DNA of 64,000 bases from Eledone cirrhosa (GCA_964016885.1 OZ024740.1:210924001-210988000); one strand, 5' to 3'. Numbered from the stretch's first letter, positions 25,894 to 39,765 are shown. Numbers and translations: made by a program. Notes: generated by a model not told the origin, from the letters alone.

Positions 25894-26247
25894 CACTCCC
25901 CCCAAACTCACCACTCCAGCTGTCAGAGATGACTCAAAGCTGAAGAAAATGTCAGCATAAACTTTAAAATGCCACACTTAGCCACGTGAAAACGCGCGTG
26001 CGCCCGACACACATACACATACATATATGTGTTTATATAGTGATACAAGCATATATACATATAAGTGTGCATGTGTGTGTGTGTGTGTGTGTGTGTGTAT
26101 CTCCTCGGCATGAAATTATGTATATTCCTATAAATTATTACAGGCACACAACACTCATACACATCCACTGACAAACATACAACCACGTGTATATAGAATG
26201 ATAAATTGTATATATACACACATCTGTGTGTGGGTGCGTATGCTGCC

Positions 26248-26294
<47 letters not shown>

Positions 26295-26483
26295 ATATAT
26301 ATATATATATATTGTTTGTTTACACTCTCGCTGTCCCCTTTATTTACGTGTCCCAACGACTTTTTTTAGCCGTTGCTCGCACCAACCGGAGGTATATGGT
26401 CTTTAAAGCGATGAAATACCAATGATGGTTGGAAGATCACTGATGAAGGACTAACACATTTGCAACCACGCAGCACGTTTATT

Positions 26484-26534
<51 letters not shown>

Positions 26535-26973
26535 CGAGTATAACCTAAGATATATATATATATATATATATATTACAGGGACGTTCTTGAAGGTTCAGAT
26601 CACGAATATGTTCGTAAAATACGTCCAGATTACGATTATGTTAATTTTGCATTCTTGTATCCCCGTTCGTTAATACGTTCATTTACTTTCGATCTGTGTG
26701 ATTCAGTATAAGGACGTATAGATAAATAGATATATTTCTTTATTAGCCACAGGGGCACAAAAGAAGGGGACAAGTAAAAAGGGGGAAGTTTACATACAAT
26801 AAAAACGTGTAAAATGTTATCACAAATGGAATTTAAAAAGTTAGTCGATTTTCCCCAATAGAGGGGGACAGTTTATATGGGTAACACATACCCCCGAAAA
26901 AAAATGTGCAACCCTCATCTCCAGGAGTACAAAGAGTTTGTACTCCTTTCCTCTCCTCCTCCTTTTCCTCAAC

Positions 26974-29900
26974 CTACAGGCTGATATAGAGAGAAGGCCC
27001 ATTCACTCGGGCCATTCTCGCCACTTTCACCCACCTTTCATAAAACTTGCTGGGGTACAGCACCTCTCTCTCCATCCTGATTCTTCTTCCAAAGTGGTAT
27101 TTGAAAAAAAGAATCAGTTGTTGGCCGGAGAGAAAGGTGTCTGACCTCAGCCCTTTCAACCTTGTCCACCATACAACCTCTTTCGCCATAGCTATCACAC
27201 AAAGGAAAACCGCCTCTCCTTCGTTTTTGAAGGAGGGTGGCGGTTTGATCATGACAATGGACTCGGTGGTCAACTGGATCGGTCCCACCCGCGACAATAG
27301 TCGTTCTACATAGCCCCACAGGTCAGTGACGCCCGGGCAGTGTATGAATGCGTGCGCGACGGTTTCTTCGTCTCGCACGCACCTCGGACAGATCTTTTTT
27401 GCAGGGTCCCTGCCCGGGCGCCCATGTCTGTAGAGCTTGTCTCGAACTGGTAGAGCTCCTCGGTAGCACTGCCAGGCCAGGGACTTTTGGAAGTTGTCCA
27501 TTGGTCCCGGGCGGAAGGTCCTACCGAAGAGACTGGCCAGTTCATCTTCCTCTACGCCTAGAGTTTCACCGAGCGCGTCGTCGCACTTGCTGCGGACCAA
27601 CCCTCTATAGAATGACGAAGTGGAGTCTCCACTGATCGCCGAGTCCGCCTGCCAGAGGGCTGTGAGCGCCTGAGCACATTCGATGTGCCAGTCGCCCATT
27701 TTCCTCGGTCTTTGCTTGACCCAGGACTGCAGCTCGGTCAGCGAGACGAGTCGTGGGAAGGCTCGCCTCACGAACGGGGCCCACACCGGTTGTCCGGTGA
27801 GGAATACGTAGATTCCACAGTCTGAGCGCGTATTTGCGCATCGTCAACCACGGCATCCCCAGCCCTCCGTTAGAAGGGTGTTGGCAGCAGATGGATCTTC
27901 TCACCAAAGGGGCCCGCCTCTTCCAAAGGAATCGGAAGAGCGCACGCTCCATTTTGGAGAGCGTTTTGGCTGGACAAGGCACGAAGGTCAAGCGGTAGTA
28001 GATGGCGGACGCTATAAAAGTGTTCGCCACCTCCGCTCGACCTTTCAAGGATAGTTTGCACTCGGCCCACTTCTGGGTGAGTGCAAACACTATGGCCGTC
28101 ACTTCGTTCCAGTTCTTCTCCACCTGGAGGTCCGGACCAAACCAGACCCCGAGCAGCTTTACCGGTCCTTCCGTCCAGCGTCCGACGACGCCATCGGAAG
28201 GCATCGGTCTGCCTCTCCACGATCCGAGTTGCAAACCGATGGACTTGTCCCGATTCAGCTTCGCTCCTGTGAGACTTTCGTATTCTTTCAGTAAGGTGCC
28301 GACTTCCTCGATTTGCGAGGCGCTCGACACCATTACTGTCACGTCGTCGGCGTAGGCCGACGCCGCTTTCCGCAGTCCCGGTTCCAGAGGGATGCCCTGC
28401 AATAGCTCCAGCTTCCGCAGTAGTGGCTCGAGAGTCAGTACGTACAGAAGGGAGGAGAGAGGGCATCCCTGTCGAATGGATCGCGTAATATGGAACGGCT
28501 CCGAGAGGTAGCCGTTCACCTTGACCCTTGAGCAGATGTTGCTGTTGTGCATTGCAGCAATCCAGCCCCTGAACACGGGTCCGAAGCCTGCCGCCTCGAG
28601 CACCGCATCCAGGTAACGATGGTCAACCCTATCGAAAGCCTTAGACTGATCCAAGTTGATCAGGGCCCCACCGAAGCCGGGTTTACACCCTACCCTCTCT
28701 ATGATGTATCGCATGAGGTGGAGGTTGTCGTGTATGGACCTGGTCGGGATTGCGCATGTCTGCGCTTCTCCCACCAGGTTCTCGACGACAAGCGCCAGCC
28801 TCTTTGCCAACACCTTGGCCAAAATCTGTAACTCTGTGTTTAGCAGAGTTATGGGCCGGAAGTTGCCTATGTCATCCCCCTTATTCTCGTCCTTCCTGAT
28901 TAGTGTGACCACGCCCCCGGTTACAGAACTGGGAATTCTCCCGTTCTGTTGCCAGTTGCAGTAGACCGCTTCCAGCAGACCGGAGAATAAGTCCGGCATT
29001 GCTACGTAAAATTCGTAGGGTAGACCGTCGAGACCTGTAGATTTGCGTTTGCCGCATTGGCTCAGCGCGTCCCCTATCTCAGTGGCTGAAATCGACTTTT
29101 CGCAGAACTTCGCCTCGCTGTCCGAGAGTCGCGGCAGGCCGCCGAGGTATGGACCGAAATCCATAGCCTCCCCCGGCGCGCCGCTCCCCCCGAACAGCCG
29201 AGCAAAGTGCCGCTGAAAAGCCGCACACATCTTCTTCGGCTCACGTATCACGCGTCTGTTTTGGTCCTTCAAAGACCGAATCGTGGACTTGTTGCCACTT
29301 TTTGCCTCCGTCACTCGGGCCCAGCTAACAGCTTTGGCTCCCTCGTTTCCCAGAGCACGTGTTTTGCTTCTGACAACGCAGCCCTCGTGCTTTGCGTCGA
29401 AGAACTGGTCCAAGGCCGTTCTCGTTGCTAGCACGCTGGCTACGTTGCCACTTCTAATTGCCTCTTCTACTTTATCTACCAGTTCCTTCTCGGTTCTATT
29501 TCTATCTAACGCTAATTCTTTACTAAAAACTATCGAGTCTAATCTAACTGCCCTCTTGAGAGAGTACCACCATCTGTTGTTGACAATGGCCCCTGTCAAG
29601 TGCTGTTTAACTAAAGTGCTAATCCGTCTACTGTAGGCTTTGCTTGTCGGTAACGACAAGTTCAGCTTCCAGTAGCCGGGTCCTTGTCTATGGGTTCTAT
29701 CAAGGTTGGCCATGCAGGTCACTAGTTTGTGATCTGAATAGGCAACCATGAACATTTGTGGACAGCTTAACATGTCCCTATCCTTATTTCTAACTAGAAC
29801 CCTATCTAGGTACGATCTAGATGTTCCGCTACGATTACTCCACGTCCACAGTGGCGCAGTCGGAAAATCTAGTCGATATCTATCGGCCAGGTCAAATCGG

Positions 29901-30410
29901 TCGATTAACTGTTTGAGGCTGTTACACCCCCCTTTATCGGGACATGCTCCCACATAGTCCCAACGTGCATCTAGGATTCCATTCCAGTCCCCCACTAAAA
30001 GCAAGGAGCGGGACGTTCCCAGAAAAGTCTCTAGACGTTTGAAGAAGTCTGGCCGCGGTGTCCCGGATGGGGCATATGCGGCCACCAGCCTGAAGGCTCC
30101 ACCTTCACTACCGTCAACGTCTAGGACCACCAGTCGACCGTCCGGGTCCAGATGTACCGTCTGTGTTACGAGGCCCAGGTGTTTCCGCAGCAAAACGGCA
30201 ACTCCGCCCCCACCCACCCGGTTGACAGAGAGATGCGTAGATCTCAAAGTCATCGAAGGTGGGGGCCAGCTGTCGCTCGCCGTGGATCCTGGACTCGCAA
30301 ATGGCTACCACATCCATACTGTGCGACCTGAGGTCGTTTAAGAGTTTGCCCTGTTTCCAGGGCATCCCCAGGCCGCGTACGTTCACACATCCAACTCTTA
30401 TATTGGCCAT
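26974..30410 (-). pseudogene. E1 ORF2: AP endonuclease, reverse transcriptase and C-terminal zinc finger, two frameshifts (~30200, ~27810)
   Basis: MANIRVGCVNVRGL, LVGDWN, SYLDRVL, YSDHK (APE); NFRPITLLN, LDQSKAFDRVDH, QGCPLS, AYADD (RT); CPRC..ETVAHAFIHC. Confidence 0.93.
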
Positions 30411-30447
30411 GTTGGTGCTGAAAAGTTAAAAGAGGAAAAGAGATCAC

Positions 30448-32358
30448 TCACCCTTCGCCTCCTGGGGACCAGGCCGCACGATTTCCATGGGGGTGTTGGA
30501 GGGGTTGTCTGGATGGGTGGTGGTTTCCGGCGGGGTGGGGACGCAGATGTTTGGTGGGGTGGGGTCTGGTGGGATGGGGGTGTCTGGGGGTGGGGAGGCA
30601 TTTGAGAAGGACGCGGTTGAGTGGTTTCACGCAGGAATTCCCCACATCCTTCTCAAATGTTTCTTTTAGGGACCTATAAGTTTGTATAGGGACCCTAATC
30701 AGTTTTAGGTTCAGTTTTTTGCTATTTTTTATAGAGTGGGCGAAAGTTTTCCCTTCGGTGAAAACCGAAGGGTCGTTCGTGATGGTCTCCATTAGTGTTT
30801 TGTTTTCAGTGTTTATGTAAGTGTAAGTGTAATTTTCTTGTGTTGTGTTTGTTTTTGTCTGTAGTTCTTGTGTGTGCTTTCGTTTTGTTGTAGGTATTTT
30901 GTTTTCAGGAGGTGGGGGTTTTGTTTGTGATATTTTTGTTATTTGTGTTGGTGGTTGTATGTTTGTGGTAGTGTTTGCTGGTTTTTTGCTTTTGTGATGT
31001 CTTTTCTTTCTTTTCGAGCGATGCGGTTCTCCCTCGTCTTCACTGGGTGATGGCGAGATAGCCTCATCTGTTGTATCGTCTGTGTGATTGAGGAGGGATA
31101 TGTCTTGGGGAGCTGTTGTGTCTGTATGTGATTTTGCAGTGGTTTTAGGTGGAGTGGGGTTGGGTGGGACTGTGTTTGTTGTGGTTATTTTTGTGTGTTG
31201 GTGTTGTTGTTGTTGTGGTGGTGTTGGTGGTTGTGTTGTTTTGATGGGTGTCGGCAGAAGAGCCTTTTTTTGGTTCATTAGTTTAGGACAGGAAGCCCTC
31301 AGGTGACCCCTGCTAAAGCAATGGTAACATGAAGGCCGCCTACCCTCAACCGAAAGGTTTATGTAGGTGAGTCCGTCCAGGAGTACACGCTGTGGGATCA
31401 TAGCTATTCGCTCTGGGCTCATTTGCACCAGAACTTCAATGCTAGTCCCATTGAATACATCTCTGGGGGACTTTCCTACTGACAGTATTCTGTCTTCATC
31501 AAAATTGATGAAGCCGCACAGTATCCACCATATGTTCACCTTTGGTGTGACACTTGTGATTCTGATCTTTTGTGTCCTTTTTCCCATGTATGTAGGGAAA
31601 AAGGTGTACAGGTTGGATACAATTGGCGACACAGAGTAATTTTGGGCCGTCAATTGATCCTTCATGAGTACCGAAATACTCCCAAAAAGTTTGCTTCTTT
31701 GAATGAATGCAATATCATTCATTGAATTTTTGAAAACCAGTTCAATTTCGTTCTGTGACAATTGGACTGGTTTTCGGGTAGAATTGGAAACTGTCCTAAA
31801 AACTATCGTTTTGAGAGCAGTTTCCTTACGAATTTCTACCGGAGAATTGATGCTGAAAGCACCATTTTTATCGAAAGTGATATATCTCTTAGCGTCCTTT
31901 AAAAGTTGTTCAGCATTTGTTACGTCGAGATATATCAATTCTTCTTTCTTTTGAACTTTCTCCGCAAAGGAGATTTTTGGTTTCTTTGTGGAATCCGTAT
32001 TGGTGGTGTTGTCATTATTGTTGTTATTCTTGTTGTTATTCTTGTTGTCACCGATGTTGGTATCATCCGTATTTTCCTTGGTGTTGTTGTCTTTGATGCT
32101 GGTGTTATTGGCGTTGTCTTTATTTTTTTCTTTGTTGTTGTTATCATTGTTGCTTTTATCATCATTATTGGTTTTGCTGTTATTTTTGTTGTCATTGAAC
32201 TGTTTGGTGTCATTTGTGTTGTTTGGATATGAATTCGTTTTTTTATTTTCATTTTGTCTTTCCATCTCTATAGTATCTAGTGAAGAAGACGTTGTTGACT
32301 GCGAGCTTTGTAGTCTTACCGCCTCTCCACCACCATTATCGTTGGACGCAGCGTTCAT
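30448..32358 (-). CDS. E1 ORF1, gag-like zinc-knuckle nucleic-acid-binding protein
   Basis: 636-aa ORF with N/D/K-rich N-terminus, CYHCFSRGHLRASC knuckle and P/T/Q-rich linker; homologous to E3 and E6 ORF1; may carry a late frameshift, since homologs end in a PMEIV-type frame. Confidence 0.88.
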   Translation of the reverse strand: MNAASNDNGGGEAVRLQSSQSTTSSSLDTIEMERQNENKKTNSYPNNTNDTKQFNDNKNNSKTNNDDKSNNDNNNKEKNKDNANNTSIKDNNTKENTDDTNIGDNKNNNKNNNNNDNTTNTDSTKKPKISFAEKVQKKEELIYLDVTNAEQLLKDAKRYITFDKNGAFSINSPVEIRKETALKTIVFRTVSNSTRKPVQLSQNEIELVFKNSMNDIAFIQRSKLFGSISVLMKDQLTAQNYSVSPIVSNLYTFFPTYMGKRTQKIRITSVTPKVNIWWILCGFINFDEDRILSVGKSPRDVFNGTSIEVLVQMSPERIAMIPQRVLLDGLTYINLSVEGRRPSCYHCFSRGHLRASCPKLMNQKKALLPTPIKTTQPPTPPQQQQHQHTKITTTNTVPPNPTPPKTTAKSHTDTTAPQDISLLNHTDDTTDEAISPSPSEDEGEPHRSKRKKRHHKSKKPANTTTNIQPPTQITKISQTKPPPPENKIPTTKRKHTQELQTKTNTTQENYTYTYINTENKTLMETITNDPSVFTEGKTFAHSIKNSKKLNLKLIRVPIQTYRSLKETFEKDVGNSCVKPLNRVLLKCLPTPRHPHPTRPHPTKHLRPHPAGNHHPSRQPLQHPHGNRAAWSPGGEG

Positions 32359-32595
32359 AACGTAATCAAAATTTTACAATATTTTTTCCAAGATTCGATG
32401 GAGAAAAATTTTTTAAATGGATATTCCGCCCCTGAAGGAGCGAAAATGAGTTGACCCACCAGCTGAAGGTCCAGACGGGTGGTCAAGTTACACAATGATA
32501 TAAAATTGAACTAAAAACTCACGTTTTTTTCTTACATAAATTAACGGAAACTTCTCCGCGAAGTGACACACGACTGATAGAGAGAGAGATAGATA

Positions 32596-33888
32596 TATTT
32601 CTTTATTAGCCACAGGGGCACAAAAGAAGGGGACAAATACAAAGGGGGGAAGTTTACATACAATAAAAACGTGTAAAATGTTATCACAGATGGAATTTAA
32701 AAGTTAGTCGATTTTCCCCAATAGAGGGAGACAGTTTATATGGGTAACACATACCCCCGAAAAAAAATGTGCAACCCTCATCTCCAGGAGTACGAAGAGC
32801 TTGTACTCCTTTCCTCTCCTCCTCCTTTTCCTCAACCTACAGGGTGATATAGAGAGAAGGCCCATTCACTCGGGCCATTCTCGCCACTTTCACCCACCTT
32901 TCATAAAACTTGCTGGGGTACAGCACCTCTCTCTCCATCCTGATTCTTCTTCCAAAGTGGTATTTGAAAAAAAGAATCAGTTGTTGGCCGGAGAGAAGGG
33001 TGTCTGACCTCAGCCCTTTCAACCTTGTCCACCATACAACCTCTTTCGCCATAGCTATCACACAAAGGAAAACCGCCTCTCCTTCGTTTTTGAAGGAGGG
33101 TGGCGGTTTGATCATGACAATGGACTCGGTAGTCAACCGGATTGGTCCCACCCGCGACAATAGTCGTTCTACATAGCCCCACAGGTTAGTGACGCCCGGG
33201 CAGTGTATGAATGCGTGCGCGACGGTTTCTTCGTCTCGCACGCACCTCGGACAGATCTTTTTTGCAGGGTCCCTGCTCGGGCGCCAATGTCTGTAGAGCT
33301 TGTCTCGAACTGGTAGAGCTCCTCGGTAGCACTGCCAGGCCAGGGACTTTTGGAAGTTGTCCATCGGTCCCGGGCGGAAGGTCCTACCGAAGAGACTGGC
33401 CAGTTCATCTTCCTCTACGCCTAGAGTTTCACCGAGCGCGTCGTCGCACTTGCTGCGGACCAACCCTCTATAGAATGACGAAGTGGAGTCTCCACTGATC
33501 GCCGGGTCCACCTGCCAGAGGGCTGTGAGCGCCTGAGCACATTCGATGTGCCAGTCGCCCATTTTCCTCGGTCTCTGCTTGACCCAGGACTGCAGCTCGG
33601 TCAGCGAGACGAGTCGTGGGAAGGCTCGCCTCACGAACGGGGCCCACACCGGTTGTCCGGTGAGGAATACGTAGAGATGCCGCAGCCTGAGCGCGTGTTT
33701 GCGCATCGTCAACCACGGCATCCCCAGCCCTCCGTTAGAAGGGTGTTGGCAGCAGATGGATCTTCTCACCAAAGGAGCCCGCCTCTTCCAAAGGAATCGG
33801 AAGAGCGCGCGCTCCATTTTGGCGAGCGTTTTGGCTGGACAAGGCACGACGGTCAAGCGGTAGTAGATGGCGGACGCTATAAAAGTGT
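32596..33888 (-). mobile_element. Tx1-type element E2, 5'-truncated (subfamily A)
   Basis: Near-identical to E1 26733-28024; open ORF2 C-terminus 32837-33856; (GATA)n at both ends. Confidence 0.95.
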
Positions 33889-33906
33889 TAGATAGATAGA
33901 TAGATA

Positions 33907-36900
33907 TATTTCTTTATTTACCATAAAGGCATAAAAAGAAGGGACAAATACAAAGGGGGAGTTTACATACAATCGAGTAAAAAGGGTATAACATGAAAAT
34001 AATCGAAAATAACCTCAAAAGGGAGGGGACGTGATGGGGGTTGCACACACCCCCGAAAAAGTGTGCAATCCTTTGCTCGGGGAGCACATGGAGAAGGTGA
34101 TCCCCTCTCCTTTACTTCTTTACCTACAGGATGGTATACAGAGAAGGCCCATTTACACGAGCCATTCTCGCCACTATCACCCACCTTTCATAAAACTGCC
34201 TGTGGCCAAGCACCTCTCTCTCCATTCTTATCCTTCTTCGGAAGTGATATCGGAAGAAGTAGACCAGACTATGGCCAGAGAGGAAGTTGCCTGACCTCAG
34301 ACCTTTCAATCGTGTCCACCAAACAACCTCTTTCAACATGGCTATTACGCACAGAAAAACCGCCTTTGCTTCCTTTGTGAAGAGGGGAGGCGGTTTGATT
34401 GTCATCACGGACTCGGCGGTCAATTGAATCGGCGCCACCCGCGACAGCAGTCGTTCGGCGTAGCCCCACAGATCAGCCACGCCCGGACATTGCACCAATG
34501 CGTGCGCAACGGTTTCTTTGTGACGCATGCATCTAGGGCAAATCTTTTTTGAGGGATCCCTGCCCGGGCGCCCGTGTCTGTAGAGCCTCTCTCGAACGGG
34601 TAGAGCCCCTCGGTAGCACTGTCAGGCCAGTGACTTCTGGAAGTTGTCCATTGGTCCTGGGCCGAAAGTCCTACCGAACAGGCTGGCCAGTTCGTCTTCT
34701 CCCATGTCCAGCGACTCTCCAAGGGTGTCATCGCCCCTGCTAGCCACCAGCCCTCTATAGAATGATGAGGTGGATTCTCCACCGATGGCCTGGCCCGCTT
34801 GCCAGAGAGCCCTGAGCGCCTGAGCACACTCAGTGTGCCAGTCTCCCAGTTTTCCGGATCTTTGCTTGACCCAGGACTGTAGCTCGGTGAGCGAGACGAG
34901 TCTCGGAAAGGCTCGTTTCACGAACGGAGCCCACACCGGTTGACCAGTGAGGAATACCTGTAGGTGCCGTAGCCTTAATGCGTGCCTACGCATCATCAAC
35001 CACGGCATCCCCAGCCCTCCTTTCGAAGGTTGTTGGCAGCAGATGGATCTTCTCACCATAGGAGGGCGCTTCTTCCAAAGAAATTGGAAGAGCATGCGTT
35101 CCATGGTGGTGAGTGTTTCCTTAGGGCAAGGCACGACAGTCAGGCGGTAGTAAGTGACGGACGCTATGTAAATGTTCGCCACCTCCGCCCGGCCTTTTAG
35201 GGACAGCTTACACTTGGCCCATTTCTGGGTTAGTGCAAACACCTTGTTCGTAACCTCCTTCCAGTTCTTTTCCACCTGGAGGTCCGGTCCAAACCAGACC
35301 CCAAGCAACTTTACCGGGCCCTCCGTCCAGTGTCCGACAACACCGTCGGGAGGCATCGGTCTGCCTCTCCACGTTCCGAGTTGCAGCCCGATGGATTTTT
35401 CCCGGTTCAGTTTCGCTCCTGACAACCTTTCGTAATCCTCCAGTAAGGTACCGATCGCCTCGATCTCCGAGTCGGTCGATACCATTACTGTTACGTCATC
35501 GGCGTAGGCCGACACCGCTTTGCTCAATCCTGGTTCCAGGGGGATACCCTGCAACAACTCTAACTTCCTCAGTAAAGGCTCGAGAGTCAATACGTACAGA
35601 AGGGAGGAGAGAGGGCACCCCTGTCGAATGTATCGTGTGATTTCGAACGGCTTCGAAAGGTAGCCGTTCACCTTGAGCCTAGAACAGATGTGGTTGCTAT
35701 GTAAGGCAGTGATCCAGCCTCTGAAAACAGGACCGAACCCAGCCGCCGCTAGCACCGCATCCAGGTAACCATGGTCGACCCTATCGAAGGCCTTAGACTG
35801 ATCCAAGTTAATCAGGGCCCCACCGAAGCCGGGTTTGTTGCCAACCCTCTCTATGATGTATCACATGAGGTGGAGGTTATCGTGAATGGACCTGGATGGG
35901 ATAGCACATGTCTGCGCATCTCCCACCAGGCTACCTACGACAAGCGCCAACCTCTTTGCTAACACCTTGGCCAAAATCTTTAACTCTGTGTTTAGCAGGG
36001 TTATGGGCCGAAAATTATTTATACTATCTCCCTTGTTCTCATCCTTCCTCACCAGCGTGACTACGCCCTTGGCTACAGAACAAGGAATTCTCCCGTTCTG
36101 CTGCCAATTGCAGTAGACCGCTTCGAGGAGTTCGGAGAAGAAGACCGGCATTGCTAAATAAAGTTCGTAAGGTATACCATCGAGACCTGGAGATTTGCGT
36201 CTGCTGCATTGGCTCAGCGCATCTCCGATCTCATCAGCCGAGATTGGTCCCTCGCAGGACTCTGCCTCTTCGTTCGAGAGACGCGGCAGGCCGTCGAGGT
36301 ATGGACCGAAATCCACGTCCCTGCCCAGACCCTCGCCTCCCCCGAACAATCGGGCAAAGTGCCTTTGAAAGGCCTCGCACATCTGCTTAGGCTCCCGGAT
36401 CACCCGTCCATCTTCGTCTTGCAACGACCGGATGGTGGATCGATTTCCACTCTTAGCTTCTGTCACGCGGGCCCAGCCAACGGCTTTGGCCCCCTCATTA
36501 CCTAGAGCACGTATTTTACTTCGAATGACGCAGCCTTCGTAATTTGCATCGAAAAACTGGTTCAAGGCCGTCCTCGATGCCAGCACTCTGGCCACATCTT
36601 CGCTCTTGATTGCCTCTTCTAATTTACCTGTTAATTCTTTCTCGTTTCTATTCCTATCGACAGCTAACATCTTGCTATAACTTATTGATTCTGTTTTAAT
36701 CTCTCTTTTGAGAGATGCCCACCATCGGTTGTTGACGATTGCACCCGTCAACCTCTCCTTAACTAATCTGCTAATCCGGTTTCTGTAAGTCTCTTTTGCC
36801 GGTAAAGACAAATTAAGTTTGCAGTAACCGGGACCCTGTTTATGTGTTTTCTCGAGATTGACTACGCAGGTCACTAATTTGTGATCCGTGTAGCCAACCG

Positions 36901-39725
36901 TGCGCATTTCTGGACAGCTTAATATGTCCCTATCCTTACTTCTAACTAAGAATCTATCTAAGTACGATCTAGATTGACCACTGTGGTTTCTCCAAGTCCA
37001 GGTAGGCACAGTTGGAAAATCTAGTCGATATCTATCGACCAAGTTAAAACGGTCGAGTAACCCCTTGAGGCTGTTACACCCCCCTCTATTAGGACATGCA
37101 CCTGCATAGTCCCAACGTGCATCTAGGATGTCATTCCAATCCCCCGCTAGAAGCAGGGAACGCGACGTTCCCAGAAAAGTCTCTAAACGCTGGAAGAAGT
37201 CGGGCCGTTCAGCTCCGAAAGGGGAGTAGACGGCGACCAGTCTTAAGGCCGCACCTTCACTACTACCAACGTCTAGCACCAACAAACGACCCTCCGGGTC
37301 CGAGTGCACAACCTGTACGGCAAGACCCAGGTGTTTTTGCAGCAGTACGACAACCCCACCCCCACCTCCAGGTTGACAGAGAGATGCATGCACCTCAAAG
37401 TCATCGAAGGTAGGGGCCAGCTGCCGCACGACGGTGATCCGAGTCTCACAGATAACCATTACATTTATACCACATGACCTGAGGTCATTTAGAAGCTTTG
37501 CTTGCTTCCAAGTCGAGCCCAGGCCACGTGCATTCAAACATCCTACTCTTAACACATCCATGTGGGCGGCAGAGCCAAAGGAGAGTGTAGAGACCTACCT
37601 TTCCGCTTCCCGGGTTTCGGGTCGCACGACTTCCATGGGGTCGGGGGTGTTGGGTGAAGGGGTGTCTTGTGGTGGTGTGGGGTCGTCAGTGTGTGGTGGG
37701 GTTGGGGTGTTTGGAGTTGTGTTGGGAGGGGAAGGGGAGGGGGAAAGCTTTTTAGTAGGACGCGGTTTATGGGTTTGACAGAGGGTGGTCCTACGTCCTC
37801 CTTAAAATCCTTTTTTAGTTTTTGGTAGAGGTTCATTGGGATCTTTATTAATTTTAAATGTGGGTAGTTTTCTGAAGAAACAAAGTTTACACCTTCCGTT
37901 TGTACCGAAGGATTATTGTTTATGAGTTCATTTAATTTATTATTGTTTCTGTTGATGTAAGTATAGTGTAATGTCTTTTTTTCGGATGGTGTGAGTGTTT
38001 CGAAGAGGGGAGGGGCAGGTTTGGTTTTGTTTGTTGCTGGAGGGGTGTTTTCTGTTTTGTTGGATTGTGTTGACATTTGGGTGGGGTTGTTTGGCCTTGT
38101 GTGTTTTGCACATGTTTTCTTTTTTTCCTTTTAATCTGTCTGAAGGACTCCGTTTCTTCCTCCGAATTCGTTGGGTTATCTTCAGTGTTGGAGGGAAGAG
38201 GTATGTTTGCTGGTAATGTTTCCGTGTTGGTTTTCTTTGTGGGGGAGATGGTTGTCACTATGTTAGACTGTGTTGTGTGTTGTGTCTGCGGTGGTTGTGT
38301 TGTTTTATTGAGTGAGGGGTTGGGTGGGCCTGTATTTTGTTTTGGGGTAATGTGTTGTGACTGTTTGTGTTGTGGTGGTGGTGTAGTTTTACTGAGGGGC
38401 GGGTTGGATGGGACTGAGTTTTGTTGTTTGTTTATCTGTTGTGGTGGAGCTGCTGTTGGTAGCAGGGTTTTCTTTTTGTTGAGTTGGGGACAAGCGGCCT
38501 TCAGGTGCCCTCTGCCTGCACAGATATGACAGGATGGCCTTCTCCCCTCCACGCTAATGTTTATATACCCGTGGCCCTCTAATAGGATTCTGTCGGGTAT
38601 TTGGGCGATGCGTTCAGGCTTCATTTGCACTACCAGCTCTATACCTGTTCCACTGAACGCATTGCCTGTGGTTTTCCCAATGGAAATCACGTTGTCATTC
38701 ACTGGATCGATGAAGCCAGCTATGAGCCAGCAGTAGTCCACATCTGGCATCATTGCATCCAGCCATATGCGTTGAGTTCTTTTACCCATATAAGATGGAT
38801 AAAAGGTAAAATTTTTCGAACGAATCGGTGACAAAGCACATTTTTTTGCCGCCGATTCGTTCTTCATAATAATTGCTAGGCTTCCATAGAGTCTGTCTTT
38901 TCTTATGAAAGTGGTTTCATTAAGTACTTCTGTGAGTATTGTTTTGATATCTGCTTGAGAAGGCTGTTCAGGTTTTTTTGAAGTGTTGTTGATGGTGCGG
39001 AACACGACCGTTCGACTTTCAATGTCTTTGGTGAGTTCTTGAGGCATTTTAACCGATAAAATACCATTCTCTCCTTCACTTATGTATTGTTTGGCGTCTG
39101 TGATTCTTCGTGCCACATCTGAAATATTTTCGGGTATATATGTCAAAGATTTCTTTGTTTTTTGTGCAAATGAAATCTTGTTGACTCTGTCGTCTGCTTT
39201 GCTTTCTGTTATGTTGTTTTCAAATGTTATTTTTGTGTTTGTTGTGTCTTTGTTTGTGGTATTAATATTGTCATGCAATTTTTCAAATTTTTTTTTTTCG
39301 TTGTTGGAATCCATGTCCAGATTTGTGTTTTCGTCATTTGTCTCCGCAGATTCGTCTGTTTTTATTTTGTTTTTTCCTTCCTTCTCTATGACGTTAGTTG
39401 GGAAGGAAGGGGGGGACTAAAGCGTGCGAGCTTACAATTCTTACCGCTGTCCCCCCCCCCCCCACTGTTTTCGTTCGCTTCGTTTAACATTTCTGTCAGA
39501 CGATTGAAAAATTTTTTTTTTTTTGCCACAAAGTTTTAAAAAACAGGTTTTTCACCTCTAGGAGGGGTAAAGATGAGCTGACCCACCGTCTGACAGTTCA
39601 GACGGGGGGGTCAAGCTACACAATAGTATCAAAATTAAATTTGAACTCACAAAATTTCCGCAATAAATTTGAACAAAACTTCTGCGCGAAGTGAATTACA
39701 TCCACACTGTAGAACAGACGACAGC
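33907..39725 (-). mobile_element. Tx1-type element E3, full length, disrupted (subfamily B)
   Basis: ORF1 pieces 37932-39314 and 37549-38076 (CHICAGRGHLKAAC); ORF2 pieces 35861-37561, 34622-35806, 34124-34528 with APE/RT motifs and premature stops. Confidence 0.95.
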
Positions 39726-39765
39726 TAGATTATGAGAGATAGATAGATAGATAGATAGATAGATA

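Larger units (their letters stand above)
26733..32575 (-). mobile_element. Tx1-type non-LTR retrotransposon E1, full length (subfamily A)
   Basis: 5' UTR, ORF1 with a CCHC knuckle, ORF2 APE-RT-zinc finger, 3' UTR ending AATAAAGAAATA then TCTATTTATCTA; no poly(A). Confidence 0.95.

Noticed and set aside
26438-26470. CTGATGAAGGAC hammerhead-like start
   Set aside because: No matching GAAA or stem II downstream; too degenerate to call
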